64,000 nucleotides of DNA from an uncultured bacterium (GTDB lineage Bacteria > Zhuqueibacterota > QNDG01 > DTFT01): the NCBI GenBank assembly GCA_963736115.1, contig CAVTNR010000017.1, forward strand, positions 1 through 64,000. Reading direction: 5' to 3'. Below are positions 59,071 to 64,000 of the stretch, in pieces. The notes beneath the pieces are model-generated. The model did no database searches and had not been told where the DNA came from. It saw only the letters and a list, made by a program, of their open reading frames with translations. The first letter of the stretch is position 1, and each line of letters begins with the position of its first letter. The translations under genes and the position numbers were made by a program.

Positions 59071-62000
59071 TCATTGTATCCTCACTCTGAATGTGACTTC
59101 GCCGGATTCAGCCGGCGCCAGCGCGGAAGGCCGCTGGAACCTGATGTGCGTGACCGGCGCCGTGTCTGCGCCGTCGTAACTGGAACCGCCGTTGTGGCTG
59201 TAAAAGACGTTCATGCCGGATGCGGAGACGGATCCGGTGACGAAGGTGGTGCGTGCCGGTATGGTCTCCAGGACGGTTACGGCCGTGGCGTTTCCGTCCC
59301 CGATGTTCTCGTATCCGATGGTGTAGGTCAGTTCTTCGCCCGGCGCGGCGGTTCCCTTGTCCACGGACTTGGAAAGAACAAGCTGGGGAGCGCCGACGCC
59401 CGTGCCCTGGATGGCAAAGGTGTAGGGATTCTCATCCGAGTCGTTGTTCTCGATGGAGACGGAGGCGGAACGGGCGCCGATGGCCGACGGATTGAATGTG
59501 ATCTGGAACGAGGTGCTGTCACCCATCGGGTCCACGGCGGACTCGGGCGTCAGGGTCACGGTGAAATCGGAGGCGTGGGCGCCGGAAACGGAGACATGGG
59601 GGGAACCGCCGGTCAGGGTCAGCACCGCGCTGCCCGGATTCCGGATTTTGAACGTGTGGGTGACCGTCGCCCCGGAGACCGGGGCGTTCCCGAAGTCCGT
59701 GTCGTCCGCGACGGACGGGGTCGCGTCGCCGCTGGCGATCTCCACGTCCCGGCCGGTCACCTTGATTTCGGGGGCCGCCGTTCCGGTGCCCTGAACGGTG
59801 AAGTTGTAGGGATTCTCGTCCGAATCGCCGTTGAAGATCCGGATCTCGGCCTGCCGCAGTCCCGTGAGAGTCGGGTTGAAAGTCACCCGGAAGGTCAGGG
59901 ATCCGCCGCCCGCGGGCACGACGCCGGAGGAAGGCTGCTGGCTGACCAGGAAATCGCCGGCATTCGCGCCCGTGATTTCCACGCGCGGCGTGCCGGTCAG
60001 GCTCAGGTCCGCGCTGCCGGTGTTGAAAATCGTAAAGGTGCGGGTGATGGTATCCGTCAGAATGTCCCCGCTGCCGAAATCCGTGGAATCCGTGACGGAC
60101 GGAGCGGCGTCTCCGTCCGCGATGGATACGCCGTTGCCCCGCACGTCCATTTCCGGAGTCGCGGTGCCGGTGCCCTGGATGGAGAAGTTGTACGGATTCT
60201 CGTCCGGGTCCGTGTTGGCGACGGTGATTTCAGCGGACCGGAGTCCGACGGCGGAGGGGTTGAAGCGCACGACGAAGGTCACGGAGCCGTTGACGGCCAC
60301 GGTGCCGGACGCGGGCTGGGTCACGACGCTGAAATCCGCCCCGTTCGCGCCCGCGATCTGGACACGGGGCGAACCGGTCAGGAGGAGGGACTCGGTGGCG
60401 GTGCCCAGGTTCCGGATGGTGAAGGTGCGGTCGATCGTGCCCGTGAGGATGTCGAGGCTCCCGAAATCCGTGTGGTCCGACAGGGAAGGCGCGGTGTCTC
60501 CGTCGGGGATCGACACGGAATTGCCCTGCACGTCCATTTCCGGGGCCAGGCCCGTGCCCTGGATCGCGAAATTGTACGGATCCTCGTTCGAGTCGTTGTT
60601 GTAGATGGTGATGGTCGCGGACCGCAGGCCTATGCCGCCGGGGTCGAAGCGCACCTGGAAGGTGGTGGAAACGTTCCTCGCGATGGTCGAGGACGGGTCG
60701 ACGATCACGGTGAAGTCCGCGGCGTGTGTCCCGCCGATCTCCACGAGGGGCGTGCCGTACAGGGTCAGTGCGGCTGCGCCGGTGTTGCGGATGGTGAACG
60801 TCCGCCTGACGGTTCCGAGATAAGCCGAAGCGCTGCCGAATTCCGTGCTGTCCAGAACGGACGGCGTGGCATCACCGTCCGCGATGGTCCTGTTGTTGCC
60901 TCGCACATCGATTTCAGGGAAAGTCGTCTGCCGGATGGCAGCGTCGCAATTCGTGATGAGAATGTTGGCGGTCATGAGGTAATTGGCCGTGTTCCCGGTT
61001 GTCGCGTTGGGATCGCTGTCCAGGTCGTCGTTGCCGCCCAGGTTCTGCTTTCCTATGATGTAACCGCCCGGCAGGCCGCCGTTGAAATTCACGTAGTACT
61101 GGGATCCAGCGGTCAGTCCGCCGAAGTAGTAGAATCCGTCCGAATTGGTCGTGGTCGTTGATGTCAGAACCCCGCCGGATGTGTACAGCCGCACCAGAAC
61201 GCCGGGCACGCCGAGTTCACCCGAATCCTGTATCCCGTCGTTGTCCGTGTCCTCCCAGACCCGGTCCCCGATGCCCGTGGTGCGCACGCCGGCGTCGTAC
61301 AAGTCTTTGATTTCGCCCGCGGACAGGCTGAATGTCGCCGTAATGCCGGTCGCATCCGCGTCGCTGTCGATGAAGTCGTTCGATCCCTGATCCCGCAGGG
61401 CGAAGGAAAAGCCGGCGGGAAGTCCGGAGAACCGGAGGTAGTATTGCCCCACGGTGATGCCGCTGAAACCGTACGCGCCGTCCCCGTCCGTCACCGTCGA
61501 CGCCACTATTGCGCCGCCGCTGGTGTGCAGGGTGACGGTCACGCCGGACATTCCGGGTTCCTCCGAATCCTGGATGCCGTCGTTGTCCTGGTCGATCCAC
61601 ACGAAATTGCCCGCGTAGCCCGTGCTCGGGAAGGGCGCCGGGGCGAGGGGGCAGGAAGCGCCGTCGTTGTTGTTCAGGCCTGATACGCCGGTGCCGATAT
61701 ACACGCTCTCGCCCGAGGAAACATCGATACGATACAAACGGCCGCTCTGGTTGTTTCCCGCGTACAGATAGCCGTCGCTGGCCGTCCACGTGGCGCCCCA
61801 GGTGCCGTTGTTGATGCCCGCGTCATAATCGTCCGCCAGGCTGCCGGTGATGGAAGAAGCGACTGTCTGCCCCGATGATCCGTTGAAACGGTAGAGCTCC
61901 TTGTAGTACACCCCCCAGAAATACCCGTCCTGCGTCCGGTAGGCCATGTCGCGCGCGAGAAAGGCCGGTCCGCCCGTGGCCTGTGTTGTCACCGTGTTCG

Positions 62001-64000
62001 CGCTGATGTCGTATCGCGCCATCTGGGTTCCTGCGTCGTTGATCACGTACAGATTTCCCGAAAGGTCGCAGTCTCCCACCCACCCAAGCCAGGGCGCGGC
62101 CCTCATGTTGGTGATGGCTCCGGCCTCGTCGATGCGGATGAAGCGGTCTCCGCTGTAAACGGACCCGCGCTCGATGGCGTACATGAATCCGTCCTCGTAA
62201 TTGTACCCCACGGCATTGATCGTGTATCCGGCGGAGCGGATGTTGATATAGGAATACGGGTTGGTCGAGGGATCGAGGTACGTGATGCTTCCGCTCGTCT
62301 CGTAGATGTGAAAGAACCGGGACATGCAGGGGATGGGATTGCCGGAGGATGTGCCCGTTCCCTGAATCGCGAACGTATAAGGGTTCTCGTCCGGATCATT
62401 GTTGCCGATCGTGACGAGGGCGGTCCGCAGATCGATCGCGGAAGGGTCGAATTCGATGGTGAACGTGACGCTGGCGTTGACGGCCACCGGCGTGGGCGGC
62501 TGGGCCGTGACCGTGAAATCCGAGGCATTCGTTCCTGAAATGCTCACGCGGGGCGAACCGGACAGGTTCAAGTCGTCGCTTCCGGAGTTGGAAATCGTGA
62601 AGGTCCTCGATTCGGTGACACTGCCCGCGGACTGGACGTCCCCGAAATCCGTGCCGTCCGCCGTTTCCGGCGCCAGATCGCCGCTCGCGATCGTGAGGCC
62701 GTTCCCGGACACGGCCATCTCCGGAAGAATGACGCCCCTGCCCTGAATGGAGAACGTGTACGGGTCCTCATTGTCGTCCACGTCGTCGTTGGCAATGCTG
62801 ATCACGGCCGTGCGGACTCCCGTCGCGGACGGGTTGAAACGCACGGTGAACAGAACCGTACTGCCCGGGGCGATGGGCGAACTCGGCTGGAGGGTCACGC
62901 TGAAGTCCGCGGCGTGCGTCCCGGAGAGCGCCACGAGGGGCGAGCCGGTCAGGCTCAGGTCCGACGTTCCCGCGTTCAGGATGGAATAATTGACCATCCG
63001 CACGCCTGAGGTGACTTCCACGCTTCCCAGATCCGTGCTGTCCGTTGCGGACGGTGTCGGGTCTCCGGACGCGATCTCGACCGAGTTGCCGGTCACAACG
63101 ATTTCGGGATCGTGCACGAGAACGCCTGCGCCGGAGAGCGGCGTGAATCCGTCCAATCCGGCGGATTTCTCGGAGGAGGCGTCGAGGCCGTCCAGCTGAA
63201 ACGCGCCGCTCTTCGAACCGGCGGCAGGGCCGGCCGCGGTTTCCGCGGAAATGCCGGTGCCCTGCAGGTTCAGGATCAAACGGCTCGCATCCGGATCGTT
63301 GTTCGTGATCGTGAGAAAGGCCGTTTTCAGCCCGACGGTCAGGGGACGGAAGCGCATCGACAGTTCCGTTTCCCCGGCCGGCGGCAGGAAGGATGCAGGC
63401 TGGTTGAGGATGAGGAAATGGGCGGCGTCGTTTCCTGACACGAACAGAGGCGTTTCGACAGCCAGGTCCGAACCGCCTGTATTGACGAGGGTGAAGGTGA
63501 CGAGTGGTTCCGAACCGAAATCGTAAGTCGCGCCGTCGACCAAGGGGGCGCCGTTCACGAGCACGCCGATCCGGCCGGGTTCCGCGGCTGTTTCTGGTAC
63601 GGCTTCGGCCGTGCCTGTCAGATATAAATAGTACGGATTCTCATCCGCGTCATTCGTTCCGATCGCAAGGGACGCGTTTTGGACGCCTGCGGACAAGGAA
63701 CTGAAGCGGACTGAGAAGGAGGTTTCGGCTCCTGGATCCACATCGCCGGATGGCTGTGAAACAACCCGGAATGCATCCGAACTGTCCAGCGTCAGCGGAA
63801 CGGTCAGGGTCAGAACTTCATTCCCTGCATTACGGACCGTGAAAGTGACGGTCGTGTCCGATCCGGCCGGGAGAGTTCCAAAATCCAGCGTTCCGCCTGA
63901 AGAAACCGCGAAGCCGCCCGCGACCGTCACATCCGCTTCCGCGGCTTTGGGCAGGCTGCCCTGGAAATCGATGCCGGTCGTGTCGGACAGGACGTCCATC
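59071..64000 (-). CDS. Large adhesin, 5'-partial: choice-of-anchor D repeats, DUF6923-like domain, 2 SdrD-B, C-terminal truncated DUF11; putative tip adhesin
   Basis: Repeated TDFG...FTIxN.G...F.P...G.R.A...NDxDENPY; GDRVWEDTDNDGIQD; ends LSKSVD...ETIP...VTFRVRIQ. Confidence 0.85.
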   Translation of the reverse strand, partial: MDVLSDTTGIDFQGSLPKAAEADVTVAGGFAVSSGGTLDFGTLPAGSDTTVTFTVRNAGNEVLTLTVPLTLDSSDAFRVVSQPSGDVDPGAETSFSVRFSSLSAGVQNASLAIGTNDADENPYYLYLTGTAEAVPETAAEPGRIGVLVNGAPLVDGATYDFGSEPLVTFTLVNTGGSDLAVETPLFVSGNDAAHFLILNQPASFLPPAGETELSMRFRPLTVGLKTAFLTITNNDPDASRLILNLQGTGISAETAAGPAAGSKSGAFQLDGLDASSEKSAGLDGFTPLSGAGVLVHDPEIVVTGNSVEIASGDPTPSATDSTDLGSVEVTSGVRMVNYSILNAGTSDLSLTGSPLVALSGTHAADFSVTLQPSSPIAPGSTVLFTVRFNPSATGVRTAVISIANDDVDDNEDPYTFSIQGRGVILPEMAVSGNGLTIASGDLAPETADGTDFGDVQSAGSVTESRTFTISNSGSDDLNLSGSPRVSISGTNASDFTVTAQPPTPVAVNASVTFTIEFDPSAIDLRTALVTIGNNDPDENPYTFAIQGTGTSSGNPIPCMSRFFHIYETSGSITYLDPSTNPYSYINIRSAGYTINAVGYNYEDGFMYAIERGSVYSGDRFIRIDEAGAITNMRAAPWLGWVGDCDLSGNLYVINDAGTQMARYDISANTVTTQATGGPAFLARDMAYRTQDGYFWGVYYKELYRFNGSSGQTVASSITGSLADDYDAGINNGTWGATWTASDGYLYAGNNQSGRLYRIDVSSGESVYIGTGVSGLNNNDGASCPLAPAPFPSTGYAGNFVWIDQDNDGIQDSEEPGMSGVTVTLHTSGGAIVASTVTDGDGAYGFSGITVGQYYLRFSGLPAGFSFALRDQGSNDFIDSDADATGITATFSLSAGEIKDLYDAGVRTTGIGDRVWEDTDNDGIQDSGELGVPGVLVRLYTSGGVLTSTTTTNSDGFYYFGGLTAGSQYYVNFNGGLPGGYIIGKQNLGGNDDLDSDPNATTGNTANYLMTANILITNCDAAIRQTTFPEIDVRGNNRTIADGDATPSVLDSTEFGSASAYLGTVRRTFTIRNTGAAALTLYGTPLVEIGGTHAADFTVIVDPSSTIARNVSTTFQVRFDPGGIGLRSATITIYNNDSNEDPYNFAIQGTGLAPEMDVQGNSVSIPDGDTAPSLSDHTDFGSLDILTGTIDRTFTIRNLGTATESLLLTGSPRVQIAGANGADFSVVTQPASGTVAVNGSVTFVVRFNPSAVGLRSAEITVANTDPDENPYNFSIQGTGTATPEMDVRGNGVSIADGDAAPSVTDSTDFGSGDILTDTITRTFTIFNTGSADLSLTGTPRVEITGANAGDFLVSQQPSSGVVPAGGGSLTFRVTFNPTLTGLRQAEIRIFNGDSDENPYNFTVQGTGTAAPEIKVTGRDVEIASGDATPSVADDTDFGNAPVSGATVTHTFKIRNPGSAVLTLTGGSPHVSVSGAHASDFTVTLTPESAVDPMGDSTSFQITFNPSAIGARSASVSIENNDSDENPYTFAIQGTGVGAPQLVLSKSVDKGTAAPGEELTYTIGYENIGDGNATAVTVLETIPARTTFVTGSVSASGMNVFYSHNGGSSYDGADTAPVTHIRFQRPSALAPAESGEVTFRVRIQ

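Overview
GC-rich bacterial chromosomal window. The NYPNPFNP-type C-terminal sorting domains suggest an FCB-related lineage such as KSB1, Calditrichota or Ignavibacteria (inference only). Left half: Zn/Mn ABC permease; a CoA-activase/dehydratase-like pair; two secreted proteins sharing a dockerin-like tail; a lower-GC island (DUF2075 nuclease-helicase plus hicBA) bracketed by inverted GTAG-REPs; OPT transporter; HU; a Rex-led group 3b [NiFe] hydrogenase operon; OmpA; an SPFH/zinc-ribbon pair; a second, hybrid hydrogenase operon (3b-type electron-input module plus group 4 core, no antiporter subunit) coupled to an FGGY kinase. Right half is a surface-structure region: a ~4390-codon repeat adhesin split by a 1-nt frameshift, a small CxxCH temptin-like secreted protein, and a five-gene DUF11 operon. 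The best candidate for an undescribed system is that DUF11 operon. Its subunits carry complementary split Ig domains (N-terminal Asn donor strands, C-terminal Lys/Asp acceptor domains lacking that strand), which predicts a donor-strand, probably isopeptide self-crosslinked, pilus with tip adhesin, chaperone-like subunit, shaft, base and outer-membrane barrel. Also notable are dispersed 7-nt tandem-repeat elements; one sits in frame inside a gene with substitutions that remove its in-frame stops. No rRNA, tRNA or CRISPR array was recognised. All calls come from reading motifs by eye; no searches were run.
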